In this document: in pieces, positions 51,808-64,000 of the stretch | Layout: every line of letters starts with the position of its first letter | Position numbering within the stretch: the stretch's first letter is position 1 | NCBI GenBank assembly: GCA_040285825.1 | Contig: JAUPSS010000004.1 | Span: 806,001 to 870,000 of the forward strand | Direction of reading: 5' to 3' | DNA length: 64,000 nucleotides | From: Eukaryota sp. TZLM1-RC | Lineage: Eukaryota; Protista; Metamonada: BaSk clade | Program-made: the position numbers and the translations under genes | Notes under the pieces: generated by a model | The model's database searches: none | What the model saw: only the letters and a program-made list of their open reading frames with translations | Told to the model about the DNA's origin: nothing

Positions 51808-54800
51808 TTTCCATCATCAGTGGAGATCATAGAGTTTACTAATTTAGCGTCAGCTGTTCTGGTCTTTCTCTTCTTCTTTTCATCAACAAGAAAGGATCGA
51901 GACATGTAACCGGCCCAATGATTTTTGGGTCCCTCAACATGGATACAGTCAAATGAGTAGGACTGAAATACGGGAATCCAACGCAGAACAACGCGGTTGG
52001 AGTCGGGGCAAGAAAGCAGATAGGATAGATTTTTGTGGTCACAAAATAGGGTTAAATGTTTAGTCTTCAGGAAGGATGAGAGGTTTGGCTGGTTTAAAGT
52101 CATTACAATAGCAAATAATTCCTTCTGTATAGCTGACCATCGCTGCTGAGAAGGGGTGAGTATCCTGGAATAAAATGACAGAGGGGCTACATTTCTTTCA
52201 GAGAGACAGGTTCCAGGTTCGGATGGGGAAAGTTCTTTCCAGATAATGCCGGCGATGTCTTTCTCGGAAGCATCAGTAGAGAAATATTTGAGAACTATCA
52301 TCGGGAAGTTCTAGTGGTACACTATTTGATATCAACTTCTTAATGTTCTGAAAGCATTCAATCTGTTGTTGATTCAAGTGTATCTTGCGAGGAGATCCTT
52401 TCAGCAGTTCAGTGAGCGGGGCGAGTTCAGTGCTTACAGCAGGTAACCAATGTCGAACGAAGTTGATTGCACCAAAAAAGGAATGTAGTTCTGGAACGGA
52501 AGTTGGGATAGGAATTTTGTTCAGTTTTTCAATTTCAGATGGGCAGATTCTTCGAGTACCTTTTTCGAAAATAGTTCCTAATACACGAATTGGATAGTCT
52601 TTGGTCTGAAAGGCGCATTTGTGTAGGCCAATTCGCACACGGTAATCTCGGGCTCTCGTAAATATATATTCTAGGCGGTTCAAGAAATCTCTTTTACTTT
52701 CTGCAGCAACGATTATATCATCGAGATAAATGAATACTCCGTTACAATCGAAGATTTTTCTCATTAAGTTTTGGAAAATTGCTGGGACGTTCTTCAGTCC
52801 GAAAGCGGCACGGGTAAACATTACCTTCCTTCCAGGTATTACAATGGCTGTTTTAGGTTGGTCTTCTGGGCGTAAATTTAATTGCCAAAAGGCTTTGGGT
52901 AGATCTAGTGTTGATACATAGGTGGCAGACGACAAGAAGGCGCAGACGTCTTCAATCCTGGGGAGATCAGCGGTAATGGGGACAGGTAGATTGTTGATAC
53001 CGTTGTGGCCGGAATAATCTCCGGTTAGTCATGGTGCCTTACCGGGGGCACAAACGAGGTGGATTGGAGAGGCGAAAGGACCGCCATAAGGGACAGCAAA
53101 ACCATTCTTCAGTAGAGTATCAATTTCTTCATTAGCAATCTTTAGTTTGTCGGGGGGTTAGGAATCTAGCTTTCTTACTAACAACAGCTGATTCATCATG
53201 GAATTCCAACTTCATAGGTTCACACTTAATTCCTTCAGGAGCAGGTAGTTTAGCAAAGATATCGGGGTATTTAAGTAACATTTTCTTAACTGCTACGGTC
53301 AGGGCAGTATCATTGAGATTGAAGCTGGTGTTCTCAATGTCAGGTAACTGCTTTAATAGATCGTCACTTAAAGCTTGGACGAATTCAGGGGCAGTCGTGG
53401 TATCAGTTAGGTCGTCGTTTGAGCAAACGTTCTGAGAATCAGGAAGGAAACAGTCAAAGATAGATTCATCTTCTTGAATTTGTAAGTTGCGAGTTGAAAG
53501 ATTAATAAACAGAAAATCTTCAGTTAATAGACCAAGGCGTTTCAGGGCATCACAACCGAGAATAAAATTGTTTGGGGCAGGGTAATAGACAGAGTCTCAA
53601 GGTTATATAGGTTAGTTTAGCGGTTCCTCCTAACATGAAAGCGAATCTTCCTTTGGCTAGCTTAACATCAATTAGCTTCCCATCAGCTAAACTTAAACAG
53701 GTGGACTTGTTTTCTACATGGAGCTTGGCGAAATCAGCGATTCCTTCGGAAATACAGGATACGGTTGCTCCAGTGTCAACCATACCATATAGAAAGTGAT
53801 CAGGTTTGGTAAAGATCTTCAAATGTAACAGGTTTTTGTCCATAGGTTGATTCAGTTCTTTCAGCGTGAAAGAGATCTTAGACTTATCAGGGATTATCAG
53901 ATAGGCAGGGGCAGGGGCGGAGACTTTGGCTGCGACTAAAGTATTTGCAGATTCAGTTGCTGAACTTTCAGAAGATTCTTCGAGAGAGGAGTTTTTATCA
54001 GATGGACCAAGTCGTTTTGCACAGTCAGCGTCCAGGAGGGCCATATCAGAATCGAGGTGAGAACTTGCTCTCTCCAGCGAGAAATCATGGATGTTATCCC
54101 TCAGGGCTTTCCTCTGGTCATGTATCTGATGAAAATCAGTCTCAAAAGAGTTTCTGGAAGTTAGTGAAGAATCAGTTACCTTTTCAACAACAGAAGCTTC
54201 GCAGGAGCTCACCCTTTCGTCCTGGATCATGGCTGCCCGCAAAAATTTCAGGACTTCGTTTATAGCACAACGAGCTGAAGCAAGGGCTAGGAGAGTTTGA
54301 AGTGTCTTCAGAGTAGCTATCGAAGTTTATTGAAAGAGGGTTTAATGATACGTTATAAGCTAAATCTTCAGTGTCAGAAGAACTGGAGTAGGTTACAGTA
54401 CGAGAATAATAAGTTTCGTCGATTGAGTAGTCATCCTTTAATCCTTCCTTAATGGATTCGACGATAGAATTTGATTGGGTCTTATTACGGGTAGAATGAG
54501 TTCTAGAGTGAGTAGGGTTCCTTGGATTCTTATCAAGTTTCTTCTTGTTTACTTGGCTCAATTTGCAATTAGGGTCAGGGCAATCGCGGACTACGTGTCC
54601 GGGTTTCTTGCAATAGTTACAAATGGTTTCAGAAAGGGGAGATTTGTTGGAGCAATCTGTTCGGGCTTGTGGTTGAGTAGATCGGGAAGCATTACTTTTA
54701 ATGCTTCGTGGCTCTTGGTTTGGAGTTACGTATTTCCTATTAGGAGTTCTTTGGGACCTTTGGTTATTTATTCTTCGATTAGAGTTTCTAGAGTACTTGT

Positions 54801-55859
54801 TTGCTAGTCTTTCTTCAAATAGCTGGTAATGTTTGGAATAAGGTCTATGATATTCAGGCAAGAGGTCAGTTAATCGCTTAAGGATTTCAAGGATAGAGGA
54901 GATAAGGAAGTCTTCTGCTTCAGACTTCATTAACCTTTTTAAAGGTTTAGGACGGGTTCCATTCAGGAATTTACGGGTCAGAGCTTGGCTATTGCTCTGC
55001 AGAGTTGGGGTCTTCCGGGTGACTTTCATAAAATCACGGGTATACTTCGAAATGGCCTCTTCAGCATCTCGGCAGTTCAGGTTCAGGGTAACACAATCAT
55101 ACAGCTTGTAGGCTTAAGCTGTATCCTCTGTGTTAGTACAGGACAGGATATAATCGAGAATCTTTTTCGGTTTCTTTGAGGAAATATGGTGAATAATCAG
55201 CAATGTATCGAGAACTTCAGGGGCGATACATCTTGGGATCTATTGTAACATCAGGGCTTCAGCATCAGCAACAGAGTTATGAGCATCCACAAGCTCATAC
55301 AAATTTTCAGGGTTCTCATCATCTTCAGAGAACAGGTCAAGAGACTCAGGTTCAGGAGCTTCGTCAATAGAATCATAGAGATTGTATTGAACTTCTTCAG
55401 GATTTTCTTCTTCTTCATGGTCTGCTTCGACGGGATTGAATTCTTCGGCGGACTGAGCTACTTCGACGGGTTCTCTGTGGCGAGCAGAGCGGCGAGAGGA
55501 ACGAGAGCTGCGTCGGGAAAGCTGAGCATTAGTTGAAGAGGTGGGACGGGACAGGAACATACGGATAGCAAGTCACGCAATTCTTCGGCAAAGCGAGCAC
55601 AAAAAGTGCGGTCAGCATTGCGAAGAATTGGAGCAACTAGGCTTGGATTATTCTTGGGGGCCACTGTAATTACTGTTGGGACAACAAAGGGATGTATCAG
55701 GTAATAAACTAGGAAACAGGGTGTTTATTACAGCGGGTGTGAATAATCAGGAGAATTTGAACAAGAGTCTAGATAAATAAGTGATGACGTGGCATCACGT
55801 GGTACTGTAACTACTAATAAACAATCATAAACTATAACCTATTTTGGCATAAGCCTACA
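51808..55859 (-). mobile_element. Gypsy copy 3: 5' LTR, gag, protease, RT, RNase H; no integrase
   Basis: Duplicate of 45348-49399. Confidence 0.95.
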
Positions 55860-56709
55860 GTTTAACCGCAATCTGATGCTTTGGTCTGACGCATCTTGTC
55901 CACTTGTTCCATGGGTTTGTCATAACTAGTGTGACCTGGAACGCCATCTAAAGTGGGGTCAACTTCACGTCCATTTCGAGTGATACTAGGAAAACAACGA
56001 AAAGGACTGTCCCTGATGTTTGTGGTGGTTTCGGATGTCTCAGCCATGCTAGGGGGTCGAAATCCACCGCGTTTGATGGGAGAAGGATGGGAGAAGAAGT
56101 GTCGAGATCCGAAACGCACAAATCACCAGAGAGGGGTTTGGGGATGGAGAGATCAGGAGAGAGTACTTGACTCCTGGGGACCCAAAAAACGCAATGTTTA
56201 CCGTTTTCATCCCCTCCATGAACAGGTTTTGCGAGAAGGTCTGGGGGTGGTTTCGGGATTATTTGAGAGGCTTCTGACAGTAGGAAGGTTTTCCAACGAG
56301 TTACACGCTCTAGATAACTCGTGATCGTAAGCACTGCGAGTGGCGAAAACTTGGTCTGACTGGGTTCAACAGCTGATGCTTTATCCAAGCGAACCTCATA
56401 CATATGAGGAACCTTAGAAAAAGAAAGCTTCGGGACATTTTAGGTAACAATGTCTGTCGTCCACGTTTTGCTACAGAGCAGTACTGTTCCTTCAACGTTT
56501 TCTCCAGTTGGTCGCCACTATAATTCTGTCTTAATTTTGATAAATCAGACTGAATTTTAAAAATGGAATTTTCCAAGTGGAAAAACTAGATTTGGGTACA
56601 TGCTGCCACTGTGGAACCTTACATTATCTAAAGCTACATTGTTGTGTAACTGTTTGGCAATGTCTTTAGATCATCCAGCCTTCAGCATCTTCTGATGAAC
56701 ATTTATAGA

Positions 56710-57829
56710 CGCTGAACGAATGTCTCCCATCTCTTCATCAAATTCTTCTTGTGTCGAAGCTTTTGCCGCTTTCCATATTAACCCTGTGTATTTTGGTTCC
56801 CATATTTTTGGCCAAATGTCTCACACAGTATGCGTGATTGGTAGTCGGATAGATTGTAGCAACTGCATCGAATAATCCCTTTTCTCGATCTGAAATAATT
56901 GTCGCTATCTCGTCACCATAGCTCTTTCAAAGTTTTCGCAAAACCACGACCAATTTATTTTGTTTTCGGTAGGGACTACGGCGAATAACAATGGGAATAA
57001 ATGTTCTTCTGCATCAATCACTGTTGAAGTCAGTAAAACATGTTTAAATTTGGTCCGTAGATGTGTTCCATCAAGCAATACCATTGGGCGACAAAAGTGA
57101 AACCCAGCGATTGTGCCTCTAATGCCACAAACAAACGGTTGAACTGTCCATGTCTGTTTGTTCGAGACTGACTAGACTTCCAGGGTTCTCTTTCTCTAAT
57201 AGGCTCAGATACAAGATACGAGTAGCATAGTTGTCTTCTTCACTGCCATTAAGCTTTTCTTTTACTTTCTGGCGTACTTTTTTCACTGTATGCTTAAGAA
57301 GCTGCATGTCAGCAATATCATTGAGATCAAGACACACAAGTTCAGCACTAATGGCAGGGTTTTCAACTACTTTTTGTTGAATAATTTGAATTGATGCTAG
57401 AAAATCAGTGGCGGGAGGAGTTTGTTTAAAAGAAGAAGAAAGATCGCCTGTGTAAAAGTGATCTGTCCATCGTTGTTAGAGTTCTTGCGAGGTGACATAT
57501 AGCAGTCGAAGATACACGATTTATCTTGGCATCGTGCATGTATCTTGGTGTACTCGGATTTTTTGAACACATGGACGGCAATGTTATTGGTTGATGCTCT
57601 TCGGATAAGTTCTTTGAATACAAGACATGGTGTTTTTGTACCTGACTGTGTAGTGTAACTGATGCCAATGTGTTTTACTTCAATATCGTTGCTGGTATAC
57701 GAACTGGTAGACATGAATATGGTATAAGTGATTTAATGTATTGATGGAATGGGGTATACGAATTCCTTTTTATGTCAGGGGTATACGATTTCCATTTTTT
57801 GTGAAAAACGGTATATAAATGCTTTTCCC
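56710..57829 (-). mobile_element. MULE remnant, copy 3
   Basis: Duplicate of 43790-44910. Confidence 0.9.
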
Positions 57830-57954
57830 ATTATGTTATAATGTAAACCAGGGCCAGCAACTGAATTCAAACGCAATCGATTTATGGTAAAGAGGATCAA
57901 TTAGGACAACCAAGATCTTTTCAAAACCCAAGTTGAGGCTTTTAATATACCTTA

Positions 57955-58725
57955 AGATCAAGCAAACCTATTCCTAAGTTACCTGTACACTCTCACCATT
58001 AAAGGTCATACTATAGTTATTAGCTTTTGTCTTGAAGAACGAATAAGGGTTCTTTAAAAGTGTTTTTGATGTATATATGAATACAAAGTGGTTCAAAATG
58101 CACTGGGAAAAGGGAACAAAAGTAGCCTTCAAACTAGCAATAGGGGTGAGTCTCTGTCGTCTGAAGGTATGCGAATGGGCTTCCTGAAGGTAATTTTGGA
58201 TTGTTGATCCGCAACAAAAGATGTAGGTACTATTCCCTTAAATAAGAGTCACTCTTCAGGAAGAAAGAAGAGTGTTGTACCTTTCCGGATCGCCAACCAA
58301 GAATAATTAATTTTATTAATAAACTTAGATTTCTCTCTCTCCTTCGTGTGTTCATCTGCCTAATGGCATCAAATAAAGATCAAGCAAACCTATACCTCAC
58401 TTATCCATACACTTTCACCATTGAAGGCCATACTATAGTTATTGTCTTTTGTCTTGAAGAACGAATAAGGGTTCTTTAAAAGTGTTTTTGATGTATATTT
58501 GAATACAAAGAGGTTCAAAATACACTGGGAAAAGGGAACAAAAGCAGGCTTCAAACTAGTGATAGGGGTTTGTTTATGTCGTCTGAAGGTTTGTGAAAAG
58601 GGTTGCTCAAGGTGGTTTTGGAATGTTAATCCGCAACAAAAAATGTAGGTACTATTCCCTTGATTAAGGGTCACTCTTGTGGAAGAAAGAATAGTGTTTT
58701 ACCTTTGAGGATCACCAACCAAGAA
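57955..58725. repeat. Older diverged tandem duplication, unit about 420 bp, unclassified
   Basis: aagatcaagcaaaccta...gtcttgaagaacgaataagggttctttaaaagtg...tccgcaacaaaa occurs at ~57955 and ~58377; a further fragment lies at ~59770-59850. Confidence 0.85.
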
Positions 58726-60654
58726 TTTAAACAGAGTGAGAGCCATGGTAGGGTGTGTGTTGAACCAAGAAAGAAGAGGTCTTCGAAAGTTCATGTTGTT
58801 GTGAAGTACATAACAAGCATAAGTGGCTCGTGCAGGGCAGTTATGACCAATTGCATACGAGCAGAAGAAGTTAAGCTTCCAAGACACAAGACCATCAGGT
58901 AGGAGCTGTTAGTATTTGCCTTGTAGCTGGCGACACCTTACATCCACTAAACATTGGAGAGGTCTACTAGTGGGTAGCGCATGATTATGAGCTTTTCTTG
59001 ACATGAACAGGACAGCAAACGGCCATGATGTAGAGATTTGCTCGAGCTTCTCATACATATGACCTTTGCCAGTTCTGTTGAATGGATATCTGAGTTTTGG
59101 CTCAGAGACCGCCACAAAGTCAAGACACTGGATCCAGAATTGATACTGAGTCAGGAAATGACTGTCTTAAGGGAAGCGCACAGCAAAAACTCTGGTCAGC
59201 TGTCCATCAATATAATGACACACTGGCCGCTCAAAGAACTGATGAAGAGAACATGTACGTGCCAATGACTTCATAGACCTTACTGAAAGTAGAAGGTTTA
59301 CTGACAATCAGAAATGATTGATTTTTTAGTTTCAGTTACATATAAAATTTGGATTATTTTCAACTTTTCACATCCACAAAACAATAAAACATGATCAAAC
59401 TGGTAAGTAGATACATTTATTATTGATACTAGACCTGCTTTGATGGCTTCTTTCCTCAAATCAGCAATCTGGCGTCAAATTTGATGAAATTGTGGCAAGT
59501 CACAGCAGTTGTTTGTTTAATCTTGGTGTTTGTAGATTCCATGTGTTCGTATAAAGTTTCACATTTTAATTAATGCATTCACTTCTTACCCCAGCATAAA
59601 CATGTCACGAACCTCTGGCACACACATATTTTTTTGGCACTCACAACACCCGTTCTATCACTCTCGAGCAAAATATACAAATCCCAAAGCTGGTCTATTA
59701 TTGTGTCTCTGTGCTGGTTGTTTCATTCTGTGTTTTTGTTAGTTAACGTAAGATTTTTGGCAAAAAAAGATTAATTAGGACAGCCATGATCTATTCGAAA
59801 GAAAACTTGAGGCTTTTGAAATACATTAAGATCAAACAAACCTAAACCTAGATTCCTTTCAAGCAACACAAAATTCAAGACACTTTGACAGAAGCGGTGA
59901 AATACTTGATTGATATCCAGTCGAATAATGATACTAAAGTTTTTATTTCAAAAATTCAAATATGTCACAACCTCCCAATACCTCAACACATCAAAACCAA
60001 AACATTGAAAATCATCGGTCACAGGAATTCCTTGCTACCAGTCTTACGCTACTGATGTGGAACAAAGGGTTGTCAAAAAGCGAAAATGCTGGTGAGTTCA
60101 TTCCGTTTGACACAGTGTATTTTTTTGGGAGAGCTAAACAAATGGCGAATGTTATCGGGATGTATCAACTGTTTTCTTATAGTTCGAATTTTGTCTTCAA
60201 ATGCATCAAGAATTGTCAAGAAGGGGGATAGGCATTTTGTGGTGACGAAGATGCGCTAATAACAGGTAAATTATGAAAATTTATTAGCACAATGTGCCGT
60301 GCCAGTAATAGGGTATTTTAATAATAGGTAAAATACAGTATTAATCATAAAACACGTTCATGCAACCTGAATTCAAGAACGTTCAAAAGAATTAATGACA
60401 TTTTGTATTCATATTTACCCAGGTAATGGTAATAAGATGAATTGTCATTTCAAAGTATCATATATTTTACATCATTTTTTTATATGTAATTGCTGAGATC
60501 TTCAGATCAGTTTTAAATAAAATTTCAACATATTGTGAAGAATCATAAAGTAAATAAAACAAAAATTTAGCAGCATGAATTGGTGAAAGTGAATGTAAAT
60601 AATGTGAAGAAATTCTATAAGTCTTGAATAAAGCAATTTATTCAATTCAATTGT

Positions 60655-61560
60655 TATATAATAATATATGCAGCTCGGCTGTTTTAATTCAAGATCTTCA
60701 CTCATTGTTATTGGAAAATGGTGTTTGTGAAAACAAGGCGTCAGATTCTTCACTTTTTGTAAGCATTGTACCACGAAGATTTGGATTGTGTGCCACTAAT
60801 GAAGCATTTGTAACAAAGATGAGATTATATTTGAACATCCCCATTAACCAATTATTATCAAAAGAAAAATGTATTTGTTCGAATTCACCTCAACTCACTT
60901 TGCGCCATGCTCTAAATTGCTCTAAATTGATAACTTATCGTTCTTCATTACATGATGCTGTTAGAGACACTGTTTTCAATATGGCACAAACTGCAAGGAT
61001 ATCGTGTATCAAAGAGCCCCTGCTGAAGGAAACACTTTCTCTGAATAATTTTGGTTCTGATGATAGAGGTGATGTATACTGTGATTGGATTGATAATTCT
61101 GAAGCTATTGTTGACTTTGTCTCATGTAATGTTGCAAACGATACTTTGGTTCACAGAAGAAAACTTAATCCTGTGGCTGCTCTAAATTTTAAAGCAAAAG
61201 AAAAACATCGAAAATATGATAAAGAAATTGAAGATGCAAATATCGATAGAAATACACAGCTGGTTTTTATTGCTTTCCCATTTTCGATAAATGGAAGATT
61301 ATCTGTTGAAGCAGAAACTTTTTTGGATGACTTCCAAAAAATGGTGAAAGAAAAAACAATGAACAGATTTGATATTTTTTTATGGCGTTCACGGATTCAA
61401 TTTGCCATTATTAATAGATTACCGCGGTTTTTCAATCGAATTAGAGAAGCTTTAGCTAGACAGCAAGCAAATCAAGATTTTGTAGAGGAAATCTTGGTTT
61501 AATGATAGTCGTCCCATTAGTTATGATTTAATTTAATCAAGTGTGCAAATTCAATAAAAT
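60655..61560 (+). mobile_element. 5'-truncated non-LTR family B copy with an open endonuclease frame and 3' UTR
   Basis: ORF 60624-61502: MRLYLN, CICS..HALNC, HDAVRD, EP, RGDV, VDF, KEKHRKY, AFPFSINGRL; AATAAA at ~61553. Confidence 0.9.
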
Positions 61561-63079
61561 AAATTTTTCTACAGTAAATAGCTTTTGACAATGTGTTTGG
61601 ATTTTTGATTTGGTCTTCATCAAATGAATGTATAAGCAACTGCTTTGCTGATTTTCCAAATTGCTCATACATCACATCAAGGGGTCTATAAATGAACACA
61701 AGGTAATGGACCACTGCTTTTTATTTTATTAGATGAACTGGAGTACATAGCAATTTATCATGAACATAGGCATAAAAGTACATTCTTTGAAATTATTGTA
61801 CAAAGATTTTGTTTGAAACAACAAGTAATTACGTGTTTTTTGTCACAGATTACAGCCCACAAAAACAAAATAATGAATATAGACTAGACATTGACAACCA
61901 TCCATTCGTCAATTAAAATTCAACTGAATATGAATGATTCTTTCAAAAATGTAACTAATGAAATGACGGAATCCATGATCTACTTAAATGTTGAGTTACA
62001 TCAGTTTTTATTAACTAAATCAAAATGGTACCAACCTATTACAAGATTCAAGCTGTTTTGCAGCACCTTAGTCACCAAATTCCTTGGCTTATTCATACCA
62101 TATCTTAGCTTGGTGAAGATTGAGTACATGTTTACCAAATTTATAACAAATACCTAAATTTTCCTATGTTGTATCCATCTCTATGTTCATAACCATTATT
62201 CTGTTCAATAATACTTGAGCCCGACAACGAATAAAGAATAACAAATACACAAAGTTTTAAATTCCACATCACAACAGTTAATCACTAATGAATCAAAAAG
62301 TTGTGTTAGGATCAAATAGAACAAATATAAAATATCATATACACAAAGAAAGCTTCAGATTCCACCTCGCAGCAGTTAATCACTAAAAATTCAAAAAGCT
62401 GTGTTAGATTCAAAAATTGAATTCATTATTCCCTCATAAAACTTGGCACTACCTCAAAATGCTCAAAGCAAACTGAAGCAGTTTTACCTCAACAACTGGG
62501 CAAAGAAATATCAAGGGACATTATTTCTAAGAGGATTGTTGAAATCAAAACTTACAAAATAATAAGAAGAAGAACTACAAGGTCCAATTGAGATGAAATA
62601 CGATGCTTACAGTTCAAAAGATGAGTAAGAACAGTTTCCAGTACATTAACACCTTGATCATTTAACTTTTGACAGGGAAAGCTTTCAAACATTATTTCCC
62701 TTGTTCCAATGTACTAATGCTTCTATTACCCTCCAAAATAATTATAAAATCCGTTACAACGATGTGAACCTCGAAATTCAACCAACTATAGCTTTTTGTG
62801 ACTCTTTCATCGAGTAGGAGAAACAATGGAAACGAGCAGACCAGTTGAAGAAACCTAGTTACTATAGTTTAGTCCCATTAGTTCTGTTTCACAAGATTTT
62901 TTCTACCTTGTTACTCTTGATGTTGAACATGTTGAATGATAGCATTGGTTGAGGGAATATAAAATGACTATACAGCATTATTGGAACAATTTGAGGTGAA
63001 ATAGAGTTTCTCACAACCATCATCTTTCCTCAGGCACCTTCTGTTGCTCTGTTGCTTCCCCTTGGTAATTCCATGAGCC

Positions 63080-64000
63080 ATGGATCTCACCTCTGATGAA
63101 GAACACACTTTACAATCTTTCCTTCATTCTGCCCAAAATCATTATTCGATGTTTTCTCTTTCCTGCTTAACTTCTCATTCTTCCATGAAACACACCAAAA
63201 ATGAAATCATTGACAAAGCTAAGGTCAGCTTGGATGTCCCAATATCCGATCGATCGGAACGAATGGTGGGAGTGAAGTCCATTTCCAGCAGTTTTGCACA
63301 TACACTTCTTCTCACCCATTCTGGTGAGGTTTATGGTTGGGGGAATTTGGACTAACTGCCGTGTAATGGACCAGACGCAATCCAGATTCCAATCAAGATA
63401 CCTTTAAGTGACATTGTTTCCATTTCAGCTGATTATCACCACTCACTTGCTCTCTCTGCTGAGGGAAATTTGTTTGGTTGGGATTGCAATCAGCAAGTTT
63501 CTATGTCAAATAGTATCTCCCTACCAATTACACCAATAGAAATTACTCATGCCATTAAGGAAGTTTATGGTGCCGAGCATTGGTCATTTATTGCAATTGA
63601 TGTTTAACATTCAGGTAACATTTATCTTGAAAATCTTATGTTTATGATTGAATCAACAAAATATCTTGTTTTTTTAAGAATGTAATTAGCAGGTCGTGTC
63701 TCTTTTTCCGAGGTAATCAAGAAAATCAGGATTTAATATTAATATTTGTGATTGATTTTAAAGGCAGTGTATGGAATTTCTTTTAAAGGGGGGAATTCCT
63801 TTAATAATATACCCACCAAAGTCCAAGGTTTAACCAATATTGATACCATTAGTGGAAGCAATGGTAGTTATGCTTCCATTGATGTTAATGGTAAAGTTTT
63901 CATGTGGGGTAAGTTGGCTATTTGACAGTAATCTCTATGAAAATTGTAACCAACCTGTTTGTATTGCAGCTCTTAGCAAAATTAAACACTTTTCAGTAGG
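63080..64000 (+). pseudogene. RCC1-repeat protein, disrupted, running off the window
   Basis: VKSISSSFAHTLLLTHSGEVYGWGN, then after TAA (63353-63355) IPLSDIVSISADYHHSLALSAEGNLFGW, and later ISGSNGSYASIDVNGKVFMWG. Confidence 0.85.

Larger units (their letters stand above)
40645..58257. repeat. Tandem triplication, 6460-bp unit (first copy 4703 bp because of 1745-bp and 12-bp deletions)
   Basis: Near-identical ORFs recur at 6460/6461-bp spacing (45311 and 51771; 42941, 49402 and 55862); identical junctions at ~45338-45348 and ~51798-51808. Confidence 0.97.

Noticed and set aside
58660-60300. Short ORFs in a slightly GC-richer stretch
   Set aside because: No recognisable motifs; cannot support a product call.
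62261-62414. Two ~55-bp diverged direct repeats 99 bp apart
   Set aside because: Simple local duplication with no termini, TSD or coding signal.

Overview
AT-rich eukaryotic (most likely protist) DNA dominated by transposon debris. Apparently intact host genes are few: a TTP/ZFP36-like tandem CCCH protein, a calmodulin-like EF-hand gene with a 29-nt intron, and DIM1. Several broken members of an expanded kinase/coiled-coil/SEL1 (or SET) family and of an RCC1-repeat family are also present. Mobile DNA includes: (i) a full-length CRE/R2-type non-LTR retrotransposon with restriction-like endonuclease, poly(A) tail and 11-bp TSD, nested in an older element, plus fragments of at least three related families; (ii) a Ty3/gypsy element with 186-bp LTRs, 4-bp TSD and a probable Tf1-like self-priming PBS, caught with a MULE transposase remnant in a recent 6.46-kb tandem triplication; (iii) solo LTRs, a Tc1/IS630-like remnant and an Ulp1-protease remnant. 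The two most notable signals are not evident from the ORF track: a frameshifted Fanzor (eukaryotic TnpB-derived RNA-guided nuclease) gene at about 19.0-20.6 kb on the minus strand, and a GC-rich structured island at about 10.65-10.87 kb carrying elements complementary to conserved U2 and U5 snRNA sequences. All calls are by eye from motifs and internal comparisons; no database searches were run, and the boundaries of degenerate elements are approximate.
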